A stretch of DNA of 64,000 nucleotides from Nanobdellati archaeon (lineage in GTDB: Archaea > EX4484-52 > GLR71). Under the pieces are notes generated by a model, which was not told where the DNA came from, did no database searches, and was given only the letters and a program-made list of their open reading frames with translations. Made by a program: the position numbers and the translations under genes. The DNA lies in NCBI GenBank assembly GCA_019429005.1, contig JAHYJR010000003.1:1-64000 (forward strand). The letters run 5' to 3'. Positions 1 to 8,603 of this stretch are shown piece by piece. Position 1 is the first letter of the stretch. Each line of letters starts with the position of its first letter.

Positions 1-11
1 ACAATATAAGT

Positions 12-1031
12 ATGGAAAAAATAACAAATAATCCAAAAAACATTAGTGTCGGTAAATTAAGAGGCATCCAAAGAATCTCAAATAATTCGGATGTATTCAA
101 TATACTTGCAATAGACCATAGAAATTCACTTGAAACAATGATAAATCCAGATTCAAAAATAACTGAAGAGCAATACACAGAAGCAAAACTTGATATGGCC
201 TCAATTCTTGGAAATAGCTCAAGTGCAATATTACTTGACCCCTTATACGGTGCAGGGCAAGCAATATCACAAAATATTATAAATAAAAATATAGGACTTC
301 TTGTAGGTATAGAATCCTCAGGTTACGATATCGTGAAAATAAAAGATAAAAAAACAAACAAAAATATTGAAGCTAGAACATCATCAACACTTACAGATTG
401 GAATGTTGAAAAAATTAAAAGAATGGGTGCTGACGCAGTAAAACTGGTAATATATTATCGTCCAGACCTAGGAAAAATAACGACACAACAAGAACGTCTT
501 GTAAAAGCAGTATCTAAAGATTGTAAAAAACATGACATAGCATTTCTCTGTGAAATTGTCACATACCCAAAAGATGCAAATGAAAACAATGAGATTTACG
601 AATTAGAAAAACCAAATCTTATAATCAAAAGTGCAGAAAATATGAACAAATTTGATATAGATATACTTAAAGCCGAATTTCCTTGTGACCTTAAAACATT
701 TGGAGAAAAAAACGCTTACGAATACTGTAAAAAAATAACTGAAGCATCAAATGTGCCTTGGGTACTTTTAAGTAGAGGTGCCGACATTGAAACATACAAA
801 AAACAACTTGAAATCGCATGTAAAGGTGGTGCAAGTGGTTTTGCCTGCGGTCGTGCAATATGGCAAGATGCATACCTAAAACATAAAGGAACAGGACAAA
901 TCGCATATCTTAAAAAAGAAGCACTTAATAACCTTATGGAACTGAATGCAATCACAAACAAATACGCATTACCATGGTCTAAAAAACTAGGTACAACAGA
1001 AATTAATTCTATATGGTATAAGAAATATTGA
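12..1031 (+). CDS. lacD: Tagatose-1,6-bisphosphate aldolase-like class I aldolase (LacD/YihT family)
   Basis: Motifs LAIDHRNSL, SAILLDPLYG, GADAVKLVIYYRPD, FLCEIV, DILKAEFP (Schiff-base Lys), PWVLLSRG, GASGFACGRAIW match the LacD/sulfofructosephosphate aldolase family. Exact substrate uncertain. Confidence 0.85.
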   Translation: MEKITNNPKNISVGKLRGIQRISNNSDVFNILAIDHRNSLETMINPDSKITEEQYTEAKLDMASILGNSSSAILLDPLYGAGQAISQNIINKNIGLLVGIESSGYDIVKIKDKKTNKNIEARTSSTLTDWNVEKIKRMGADAVKLVIYYRPDLGKITTQQERLVKAVSKDCKKHDIAFLCEIVTYPKDANENNEIYELEKPNLIIKSAENMNKFDIDILKAEFPCDLKTFGEKNAYEYCKKITEASNVPWVLLSRGADIETYKKQLEIACKGGASGFACGRAIWQDAYLKHKGTGQIAYLKKEALNNLMELNAITNKYALPWSKKLGTTEINSIWYKKY

Positions 1032-1033
1032 TA

Positions 1034-1516
1034 TTAAACTAGATATCTCTTATAAAGAAATAAACATAAACCCAAAATCAAAGATATAGTACATACCAAA
1101 TAAATATTTGACATTGAAACAACCCCATAAAAAGGATTATATGACAATGGTGAAAATGGTTTGATATCTAAATATAATATAGAATCAAAAAAAATATGAA
1201 GATAAATTCCAAAAAACGATGCGAACCATACTTTTTTTGATGAAATAATATAATTTTCACTATTAACAAAATTAAAAAAACTATATTTTTTTAGCAAAAC
1301 AGACATTAAAAAAATCAAAAATACCGCAACAATAGAACCTCCTAAAAAGGAATGAAAAAAACCATGTAATGGATAATCTAAACCCATAACAAGAACCATA
1401 AATGGCTCAATATCAATAATAACACTTGCTATAAAAAACACAAAAATATCTAAATTTTTTAATAATATTAACCCAATCAATAACGCATAACCTATATGAA
1501 ATGGTGTAAAAGGCAT
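1034..1516 (-). CDS. Membrane-bound metal-dependent hydrolase-like protein (YdjM/DUF4184-like)
   Basis: N-terminal MPFTPFH, DIEP, HGFFHSF and HIFFD metal-ligand motifs in a hydrophobic multi-TM protein. Confidence 0.7.
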   Translation of the reverse strand: MPFTPFHIGYALLIGLILLKNLDIFVFFIASVIIDIEPFMVLVMGLDYPLHGFFHSFLGGSIVAVFLIFLMSVLLKKYSFFNFVNSENYIISSKKVWFASFFGIYLHIFFDSILYLDIKPFSPLSYNPFYGVVSMSNIYLVCTISLILGLCLFLYKRYLV

Positions 1517-1570
1517 ATTCTTATTTTTGTGTTAAATAGATATAAAAGGATAATATAATATATACTATTT

Positions 1571-1954
1571 ATGAAACCTTTCTGTGAAATAATCGTAACT
1601 AAAATATTTCCAACAGTTCGAGCATTAATAGCAAAAGAACTTATGGATGAACTTAATCATACACAGAACGAAACTGCTGCAAAGATGAATATAACACAAC
1701 CTGCAATAAGTCAATATAAAAGAGAATTACGAGGATCAAAAGCAGAGATTATTCAAAAAAATGAAGTCGTTTTTAACATGATAAAAAATCAAGCAAAAAT
1801 ACTATCAACTACAAAACCTTCTGAAAACCGACATATACTTTGTACAATTTGTAAAGCCATACGAGATGAAAAATTACTTTGTAAAATGCATAAAGAAGCT
1901 ATGCCTTCAATGAATAATTGCACATTATGTATTGATAACTCACTTTGCAAATAA
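1571..1954 (+). CDS. Archaeal HTH transcriptional regulator (COG2522-like) with Cys-rich C-terminus
   Basis: MKPFCE...PTVRALIAKEL, HTH TQNETAAKMNITQPAISQY, C-terminal CxxC...CxxH...CxxC. Confidence 0.75.
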   Translation: MKPFCEIIVTKIFPTVRALIAKELMDELNHTQNETAAKMNITQPAISQYKRELRGSKAEIIQKNEVVFNMIKNQAKILSTTKPSENRHILCTICKAIRDEKLLCKMHKEAMPSMNNCTLCIDNSLCK

Positions 1955-2085
1955 AAGAACAGATTTATATTTCTAAACAGGTAAAACTTATAAAAACAGT
2001 ATAACAAATATATATAAATAGTATATACTAAAAATAAATAATTAAAAGTTAGATTTCTTAAAAACGAAAAAAGGTGTTATTAAAC

Positions 2086-3888
2086 GTGGCTGAAGCTAAG
2101 AAAAAAATAATAAAGGCAGTAAACACAAAAAAGGTAGTAAACCCCGCTAAAACAACAAAACCTATAAAAAAAAGTGTTCCTGTTAAAAAAAATAGTGCTA
2201 CTATCAAAAAGAGCACACACCAGGTAAAACCTGTTGTAAAAAAAGATGAAACAAGACATAAAACAAAATCAGTTTCAAAAAAAACTGAAACTAAAATGAA
2301 CATACCTCTTGTAGCAATTGGAGCAATCCTCTTAATTGGAGCACTCATTCTTACATTAAATGGAACTTCTTTAGACAATACAACAGATTCAACTACAGAT
2401 TATACTGGAGATGTTGCAACAATTGACCTTTACATCATGAGTCAATGTCCATATGGTACACAAGCTGAAGATTCAATTCTTCCATTAAAAAAAACATTTG
2501 GAGATGCACTTGATATAAATCTGGAATATATATCAACAGATCTTGGTGATGGCACATTTAGAAGCCTTCATGGACAACCAGAAACTGATGAAAATATAGT
2601 ACAACTTTGTATAATTGAGAATAATCCAGACAAAGCATTTGATTTCATACTTTGTAGAAACAAAAACATAAGAAATGCTAATTGGAAAACTTGTGCAGAA
2701 GCAAATGGAATTGAAACAAGCCAAATTCAGACATGTTTTGATGGTGAAGAAGGAAAAGATTTATTACGAGTATCATTAGCAAAAGCAGAAGCAATAGGTG
2801 CTGGAGCATCACCAACAATAGTCATTGATGGTTCAAGATACTCTGGAGGAAGAGATGCTGCAACTTTAACAAGAACAATATGTGGTATAATACCTGAACA
2901 TGATGTTTGTGTAAAAGTACCAAAACCAGTTGAGATTCAATTTACAGTAATTGGTGATAAAAGATGTACAGAACCATCTTGTGATACATCACAAGTAATT
3001 GACGTAACAAAACAGCTTTTTGCAGGTGCTAAAGTAACTAAAATTGATTACAATTCAGATGAAGGTAAAAAACTTTACGACACACTCGGACTAACATACC
3101 TACCAGCATATATATTTGACAGTGCAGTTGAAAACGGTGAATCTTTCGAACAAATAAAAACAGCATTAGTACAAGTCGGTAATTTATGGTACATTGTACC
3201 AGAAGCAACAATGTCTGTATTTGATCCTAAAGCAGAAATCTGTGATAATGGTCAAGATGATAACGGAAACGGAATCATAGATTGTGAAGATTCTGATTGT
3301 GCTGGAAAACTTGAATGCAGAGAAGAAGTAAGTGCAACTGTAGATTTATTTGTAATGAGCCAATGCCCATACGGTGTATTAGCTGAACAAAACATGAAAG
3401 CAGTTCTTGATTCATTCGGTGATGAAATAACATATAACATAAACTTTATCGCATCAGAAAGTAATGGCGTATTCAGTAGTTTACATGGCCAAGCTGAAGT
3501 TGATGAAGATATGAGACAGGTTTGTATTGCGAAAAATAATCCAAACGAATTTGTTGATTATGTACTTTGTATAGCTGCTAACTATCGGAATGCAGGAAGC
3601 ATTTGGGAATCCTGTGCTACAAGTAACGGAATCGATACAAGTGTTATAAACACATGTTTTGCAGATGAAGGCACAAAACTTCTTAAAGACAATATACAAA
3701 TGGGAAATCAGCTTAACATAGGAAGTTCACCAACATTTATGATAAATAACAGATACATGTTCGGCGGTGCACAGCCAGCAGATTACATACAAGCACAGAT
3801 CTGCACTAAAAACCCTGACCTTACAGGTTGTTCTGATATAATCGTAAGTACGGATGTCTCTCAAGCAACAGCAACTGGTGGATGTTAG
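2086..3888 (+). CDS. Membrane-anchored thioredoxin-fold/GILT-like thiol oxidoreductase with duplicated catalytic domain
   Basis: Lys-rich N-terminus and TM IPLVAIGAILLIGALILTL, then two domains each with MSQCPYG, F.SLHGQ.E.DE and SPT(I/F) (cis-Pro loop). GTG at 2086 is preferred as start because AAGGTG (SD-like) lies at 2071-2076. Confidence 0.7.
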   Translation: MAEAKKKIIKAVNTKKVVNPAKTTKPIKKSVPVKKNSATIKKSTHQVKPVVKKDETRHKTKSVSKKTETKMNIPLVAIGAILLIGALILTLNGTSLDNTTDSTTDYTGDVATIDLYIMSQCPYGTQAEDSILPLKKTFGDALDINLEYISTDLGDGTFRSLHGQPETDENIVQLCIIENNPDKAFDFILCRNKNIRNANWKTCAEANGIETSQIQTCFDGEEGKDLLRVSLAKAEAIGAGASPTIVIDGSRYSGGRDAATLTRTICGIIPEHDVCVKVPKPVEIQFTVIGDKRCTEPSCDTSQVIDVTKQLFAGAKVTKIDYNSDEGKKLYDTLGLTYLPAYIFDSAVENGESFEQIKTALVQVGNLWYIVPEATMSVFDPKAEICDNGQDDNGNGIIDCEDSDCAGKLECREEVSATVDLFVMSQCPYGVLAEQNMKAVLDSFGDEITYNINFIASESNGVFSSLHGQAEVDEDMRQVCIAKNNPNEFVDYVLCIAANYRNAGSIWESCATSNGIDTSVINTCFADEGTKLLKDNIQMGNQLNIGSSPTFMINNRYMFGGAQPADYIQAQICTKNPDLTGCSDIIVSTDVSQATATGGC

Positions 3889-3920
3889 TTTAACTAACAT
3901 TTACACCTTTTTTCTTTTTT
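3882..3920 (+). terminator. Hairpin plus oligo-T terminator of the oxidoreductase gene
   Basis: ATGTTAG-TTTAA-CTAACAT inverted repeat overlapping the stop codon, followed by CCTTTTTTCTTTTTT. Confidence 0.55.
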
Positions 3921-3995
3921 TAAAATATTAATTAAATTATTTATTTTAATGTTTTTTTTGATAACCTTTATAATAAATAAAAACAAAAATATATC

Positions 3996-4205
3996 ATGCA
4001 TAAATGCCAATTTTGTGGAAGATTTCTTTTAACAAGTTATAACCAACATCTTGCTATAACCCATGAAAAAGAATGGAACAAAATCAAGAAAGAATGGGTT
4101 AAACTCTATAATGATGGCCTATCTATCAAAAACATAGCAACAGACTACCATACAAACGTAAACACAGTCAACAAAGCAATCAAAGATTTCGGTAAGTTGT
4201 ATTGA
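3996..4205 (+). CDS. Small C2H2 zinc-finger plus HTH-like protein
   Basis: CQFC...HLAITH zinc-finger pattern followed by GLSIKNIATDYHTNVNTVNKAI (HTH pattern). TATA-like TTTATAA about 24 nt upstream of the ATG. Confidence 0.6.
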   Translation: MHKCQFCGRFLLTSYNQHLAITHEKEWNKIKKEWVKLYNDGLSIKNIATDYHTNVNTVNKAIKDFGKLY

Positions 4206-4325
4206 GGTTTGATAATTCTTTAAGTACCTTTTAAAATAAAAGATTAAGTTAAAAATGAATATCTCTTAATTAATAAAATTCCAGAAAATTAATAAATATG
4301 ATTTTTATATAATCCTCACAAAACC

Positions 4326-5285
4326 CTAATCCTCACAAAACTCATTAATAACTTCATCAATATCTTCTTTAGATTTACACCTAGCCATTACAACCCTTGC
4401 ATCACGCCCACCTTTAACATGTTTAGTAAACCAACAAGCATTAATCCTATAATCTTTTAAATCGGGTTTATATGTTAAGTATTGTTCCATAAGACTACAT
4501 AAAGTTTTATACGCTTCAAATTTTTCATTTAACGTGGGCTCAGATAAAATTTCGCCAGTCTTAAAATAATGTTCGCATTGCTGAAATATGAACGGATTTC
4601 CAATAGCTTTTCGTCCAATCATTACAAGATCACATCCCGTTATATCAATCATACGTTTTGCATCAGAAGAAGAAAAAACATCACCATTACCAATAACTGG
4701 AATACTTACAGCATCCTTGACTTTTTTTATCATATCCCAATCTGCCACACCCATATATTTTTGTTTCATAGTTCTAGCATGTACAGTTATAGCAGAAGCA
4801 CCAGCTTGTTCTATAATTTTCGCAATTTTAACAGTATCCTTATTAGAATTAATTCCCATCCGTATCTTTGCTGTAACAGGACAAGATACAGTTGAAGATA
4901 CACTAGAGATTATATCAGCTACAAGCTTTTCATCTTTAAGTATCATAGCACCAGCATTACTTCTTGATAGTTTAAGTGACGGACAACCCATATTAATATC
5001 AATTATGTCCGCTTTCATCTCTTCCATCTTATAAGCACAATTTGCAAGTTTATATGGATCAGATCCAAATATCTGTGAAACAACCGGTTTTTCTTCAACC
5101 GTAGTATTAAATCCATGTTTTTGATCATAATACACATAAGACCCAGCATCAGCACTAATCATCTCAGTAAATACTAACGCAGCACCATACCTCTTACATA
5201 AGATGCGGAACGGTAGCGTTGTAACAGAGCACATAGGTGCAAGCACAGTCTTACCATCTATACGCACACCCCCAATCTTCATCAT
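4326..5285 (-). CDS. dusB: tRNA-dihydrouridine synthase (DusB family)
   Basis: LAPM, TEMIS, QIFGSDP, IDINMGCP, AGAMILKD, PVTAKIRMG, TVHART, PVIGNGDV, VMIGR..IGNP motifs. Confidence 0.93.
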   Translation of the reverse strand: MMKIGGVRIDGKTVLAPMCSVTTLPFRILCKRYGAALVFTEMISADAGSYVYYDQKHGFNTTVEEKPVVSQIFGSDPYKLANCAYKMEEMKADIIDINMGCPSLKLSRSNAGAMILKDEKLVADIISSVSSTVSCPVTAKIRMGINSNKDTVKIAKIIEQAGASAITVHARTMKQKYMGVADWDMIKKVKDAVSIPVIGNGDVFSSSDAKRMIDITGCDLVMIGRKAIGNPFIFQQCEHYFKTGEILSEPTLNEKFEAYKTLCSLMEQYLTYKPDLKDYRINACWFTKHVKGGRDARVVMARCKSKEDIDEVINEFCED

Positions 5286-5489
5286 AAGTAATGGTTGTAT
5301 AGAAAATGTTTTAAATGATTATTGTATAAAATCAATAATATTTAATATTAAAAAAAACATTTCGTATAAATTGATTATTGGTACTTAATCTAAAATTAGG
5401 ATAAACATTTTAATATAAACCCTATATACTAATTCTTAACATTTTAGTATGAATTAGTATATGAACAAATTTAACTTAAAAATAAAAAA

Positions 5490-5572
5490 CGCCGAAGGCA
5501 GGATTTGAACCTGCGTGTCCAAGGGACAGATGCTTTCGAAGCACCCGCTCTACCGAGCTAAGCGACTTCGGC
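5490..5572 (-). tRNA. tRNA-Ser(CGA), intronless, CCA not encoded
   Basis: Reverse complement folds with acceptor GCCGAAG/CTTCGGC, anticodon arm GGTGC-TT-CGA-AA-GCATC, long variable arm TGTCC-CTT-GGACA, T arm GCAGG-TTCAAAT-CCTGC and discriminator G. Confidence 0.95.
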
Positions 5573-5593
5573 ATAAAAACAATTTTAAGAGTA

Positions 5594-5770
5594 TCATAAT
5601 TTCTTTATCAGTTCAAGACATCTTACATGACGCTTAGCTAATTCCTCTTTAGATAAAGAAAGAACACACGTATTTGAAATAAAACTAATCTTTTCTACAT
5701 CCGACAAATCTCCATTAAGAATATAATCTGAAGACGTATCCCCACCAGCTTCTTTATATTGATTATCCAT
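5594..5770 (-). CDS. Small hypothetical protein (58 aa, MDNQYKEAGG...)
   Basis: ATG at 5770 preceded by GTGA. Does not overlap the upstream protease. No recognisable motif. Confidence 0.4.
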   Translation of the reverse strand: MDNQYKEAGGDTSSDYILNGDLSDVEKISFISNTCVLSLSKEELAKRHVRCLELIKKL

Positions 5771-5810
5771 ATTAATCACATGTTTTTTTAATAAAAACAA
5801 TTTTATAAAA

Positions 5811-6578
5811 CTATCTTGTAAACTCCCTAACAACATCTTCCATAGTATACACTTCAACAATGTCCATACCAACAGAATCAATTAATCGCACAGGAACATA
5901 CTCAACATTACAATAATCTGTAAAGATACCATAATCCGCACAAAACTCAACTTCCTCATATTTCACAGATTCACCAACAGGTACAAGAAACTTAACCGCA
6001 CCAGATGCTTTAGATGCAATCGCTTTTGCTTCAACCCTCCCCGCAGGACCGACAGTCATATCATGATTGATTGTCCCCGTAATCATAACATCATCACGAA
6101 GTGTCTTATTTTCAAGAGCAAAAATTGTAGCAACAGTCAATGCAGCCCCAGCTGAAGGACCTTGTAAAATAGATGCATCTGCAACAATATCATACATAAC
6201 ATCAAGAGCTGACATGTTATAACCCGTATATTTTGACGCAACATATGCCGCAGTCCTTGCAGATTCTTGAGTATCTGAATGAGACAATATATTATCAATA
6301 GCAACAAGAACTTTCCCAGACCCCGGCACAACAGAAACTGTCAAATACGCAGTAACACCAGTATCATTCTCATTAATTGCAGGTAACAAAATCATAGCAC
6401 GCCTATCACCAGATAATATTTTAACCCCTGTATATGCTTGAGTATTAACTATATCAATATATTTAGGAACCTCTACAATCTTAACATTAGGAGGAACAAA
6501 TTCTAATGCAAAAAATATCCCTGCAAAAAATCCAAATATAACAAAAAATGCAAAAATCTGATTATTACTAAATTTCAT
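5811..6578 (-). CDS. Membrane-anchored Lon-like (peptidase S16) serine protease lacking an ATPase domain (COG1750-like)
   Basis: N-terminal TM; GPSAGAALT catalytic Ser motif, ITGTIN.D.TVGPAG and downstream Lys (VEAKAIA) of the Ser-Lys dyad. Confidence 0.85.
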   Translation of the reverse strand: MKFSNNQIFAFFVIFGFFAGIFFALEFVPPNVKIVEVPKYIDIVNTQAYTGVKILSGDRRAMILLPAINENDTGVTAYLTVSVVPGSGKVLVAIDNILSHSDTQESARTAAYVASKYTGYNMSALDVMYDIVADASILQGPSAGAALTVATIFALENKTLRDDVMITGTINHDMTVGPAGRVEAKAIASKASGAVKFLVPVGESVKYEEVEFCADYGIFTDYCNVEYVPVRLIDSVGMDIVEVYTMEDVVREFTR

Positions 6579-6631
6579 AAAACCACTTAAACAAATTGGT
6601 CTATGTAATTATTTAAATATATTAAAAAATC

Positions 6632-6832
6632 TCAAATTTTACGTGTCGAAACACCAATATGATCAAAATTAAAATCAAGTATATCGGCAGAAGACGCTTT
6701 CAACACAGATTTAACAGAATCAGTACATACATCCTCACATAAAAATAAAAGACAACCCACACCGCTAGTACCACACACTTTTGAACACAAAGAACCTTCA
6801 GACTTAGCTAGACTAATATAACTCAAAATCAT
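6632..6832 (-). pseudogene. Probable relic: C-terminal fragment of a GHMP kinase (HddA-like sugar-phosphate kinase)
   Basis: LAKSEGSLCSKVCGTSGVGCLLFLC...VLKASSADILDFNFDHIGV resembles the GHMP C-terminus (A...GALGGKL.GAGGGG.LL...F.FD..G). The N-terminal ATP-binding domain is absent and the Gly-loop is degenerate. Confidence 0.5.
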
Positions 6833-6857
6833 ATAATATAACTAAAAAAGATAAAAA

Positions 6858-7128
6858 TGGCAAGACATGCCAAAAGATTGAAACAGCATGAAAGGCTTAA
6901 TATAACCTCAACATCCACCCCGTATCCTGGAAGCACCGACATCAGACCTTAGGACTGCACCCGTCAGGGCCTCGCCCGGTTCAGCATGATACCGACCATC
7001 CAGGGCAGGATTTCAAAGTAAGAAGAGATACCAGTAACTCCCACACTAATCCCGCTCTAATGACTTCACCCCATTATAGACGATTTATGGTTACAAGTGT
7101 CACCTAAACACCCAGTATAGTCTTGCCA
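6858..7128 (-). ncRNA. ffs: Signal recognition particle RNA (7S/SRP RNA), atypical
   Basis: GC-richer island. Terminal helix TGGCAAGAC/GTCTTGCCA, Alu UGUAA motif, and helix-8 region AACCGGGCGAGGCCC-TGAC-GGGTGCAGTCC matching the SRP54-binding consensus. TATA-like TTTTAAAG about 21-28 nt upstream. Confidence 0.85.
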
Positions 7129-7148
7129 AACATAATTTAGATGCTAAA

Positions 7149-7189
7149 CTTTAAAACTTATTAGATACACAAAAAATAAACTATATAAA
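7149..7189. promoter_or_regulatory. Divergent TATA boxes for the SRP RNA (-) and the ADP-dependent kinase (+)
   Basis: CTTTAAAA at 7149-7156 (minus strand TTTTAAAG) and TATATAAA at 7182-7189, each about 21-28 nt from its gene start. Confidence 0.55.
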
Positions 7190-7211
7190 CAAGACAAAAT
7201 TAATAATTACT

Positions 7212-8603
7212 ATGGATAAAAAATTCTGGGAAAATGAATACAAAAACACAACACATGACTTTGAAAAAAACATCAAAAACACAAGTCCTGTAGTAATCGG
7301 ATTCAATACAAATATTGATAAAATTAAACACATAGATTCTAAATTCTTAGATTTTTTAGACCTAAAATCATTTAATACCCCAAAAAATACAAAAAGTACC
7401 ATAAACAGTCTTAATGACTTCAAAAACGGCCTTATATTTTCAATGAAAACTGGAAAAGCTGCAGAATGGGTAATAAATGACAAAAAAACATATGATTACC
7501 TTAAAAATAACACAAAATTTGATAACTCACAAATAGGTGGACAAGTCGGCATAATTGCAAATTATCTAAAACATATCGGTTTAAAAACAGTTATTGTCTA
7601 TAATCCATCACTTTCTAAAGAAGAAGCAAAATATTATGAACCTTCTGTAAAAATACCAATTATTGAAAACGATAAACTCACATTCAAAACACCAAAAAGC
7701 ATAGATTCACAAAACGAAACAAAAATGAATCTCATATACGAATTTAAAAAAGATATGCAAATCAACACAAAAAATGAAAGCTTCAAAACGCCAAGACAAA
7801 ACAGATTTATCGTATCACACAGACCAAAGAAAAACCCACCTTGTTTTGATAAAAAAATAGAACCCCATTTCAAAGAATTATTCAAAAATGTCAAAAGAAT
7901 TTTCTTAAGTGGTGCAAACATAGAACCAACACAAAAAACAAATTATTATGATACACTAAAAAAACAAATAATTAGTATAACAAATCTTGACAAAGATATT
8001 AAGATACATTATGAATTCACATCAGAAGAAAATCCAATAATTATCAAAAATATAATAGACAAAATTTTAAAACATACAGACAGTCTTGGTTGTAACGAAA
8101 GAGAACTCTGCATATTGCTTGAAAACATAAACAAAAAAAATATCGCAAAATATATAAAAGAAATGAATTACAGTTCACCATCACTAATTTCAGGTGCAAT
8201 GGCCGTTGCAAAAAAACTTAATATGAAAAGAATACATGTCCATAACTTAAACTATTTCCTTTGTATCACAAGCAAAGATTATGGAATACCTCCAAAAGAA
8301 ATCCGTACAGCTCTTCTTTATTCAGCTGAAGCAGTAATTACAAGATCAATAAAACAATCTCTCAATAATATAAACGATATAGAAATAAACTTAAAACATG
8401 AAATCTCCGAAAAAGGTCTAAACGAAATTAAAAATGCATCTATGTTCCTTGGCAAAGACATGTCAGAAGGATACGTAGAACTTGAAGATTATAACATAAA
8501 TATGATACCAACAAAACTTGCAGAGCATATAAAAACAACTGTCGGTCTTGGCGACATAGTCTCATCTACAGCATTCTTTGGAGATATAGTTAAGACAAAA
8601 TGA
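7212..8603 (+). CDS. pfkC: ADP-dependent phosphofructokinase/glucokinase
   Basis: GFNTNID, GKAAE, IGGQVGIIAN, PRQNRFI, IHYEF, DSLGCNEREL, RIHVH, TTVGLGDIVS motifs of the ADP_PFK_GK family. Confidence 0.9.
   Translation: MDKKFWENEYKNTTHDFEKNIKNTSPVVIGFNTNIDKIKHIDSKFLDFLDLKSFNTPKNTKSTINSLNDFKNGLIFSMKTGKAAEWVINDKKTYDYLKNNTKFDNSQIGGQVGIIANYLKHIGLKTVIVYNPSLSKEEAKYYEPSVKIPIIENDKLTFKTPKSIDSQNETKMNLIYEFKKDMQINTKNESFKTPRQNRFIVSHRPKKNPPCFDKKIEPHFKELFKNVKRIFLSGANIEPTQKTNYYDTLKKQIISITNLDKDIKIHYEFTSEENPIIIKNIIDKILKHTDSLGCNERELCILLENINKKNIAKYIKEMNYSSPSLISGAMAVAKKLNMKRIHVHNLNYFLCITSKDYGIPPKEIRTALLYSAEAVITRSIKQSLNNINDIEINLKHEISEKGLNEIKNASMFLGKDMSEGYVELEDYNINMIPTKLAEHIKTTVGLGDIVSSTAFFGDIVKTK

Noticed and set aside
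4310-4341. 15-bp direct duplication TAATCCTCACAAAAC at the dusB 3' end
   Set aside because: Short local duplication of the last codons with no inserted element between the copies; probably a slippage scar.
5771-5881. N-terminal extension of ORF 5594..5881
   Set aside because: It overlaps the protease gene in another frame. ATG at 5770 with an upstream GTGA is the more plausible start.
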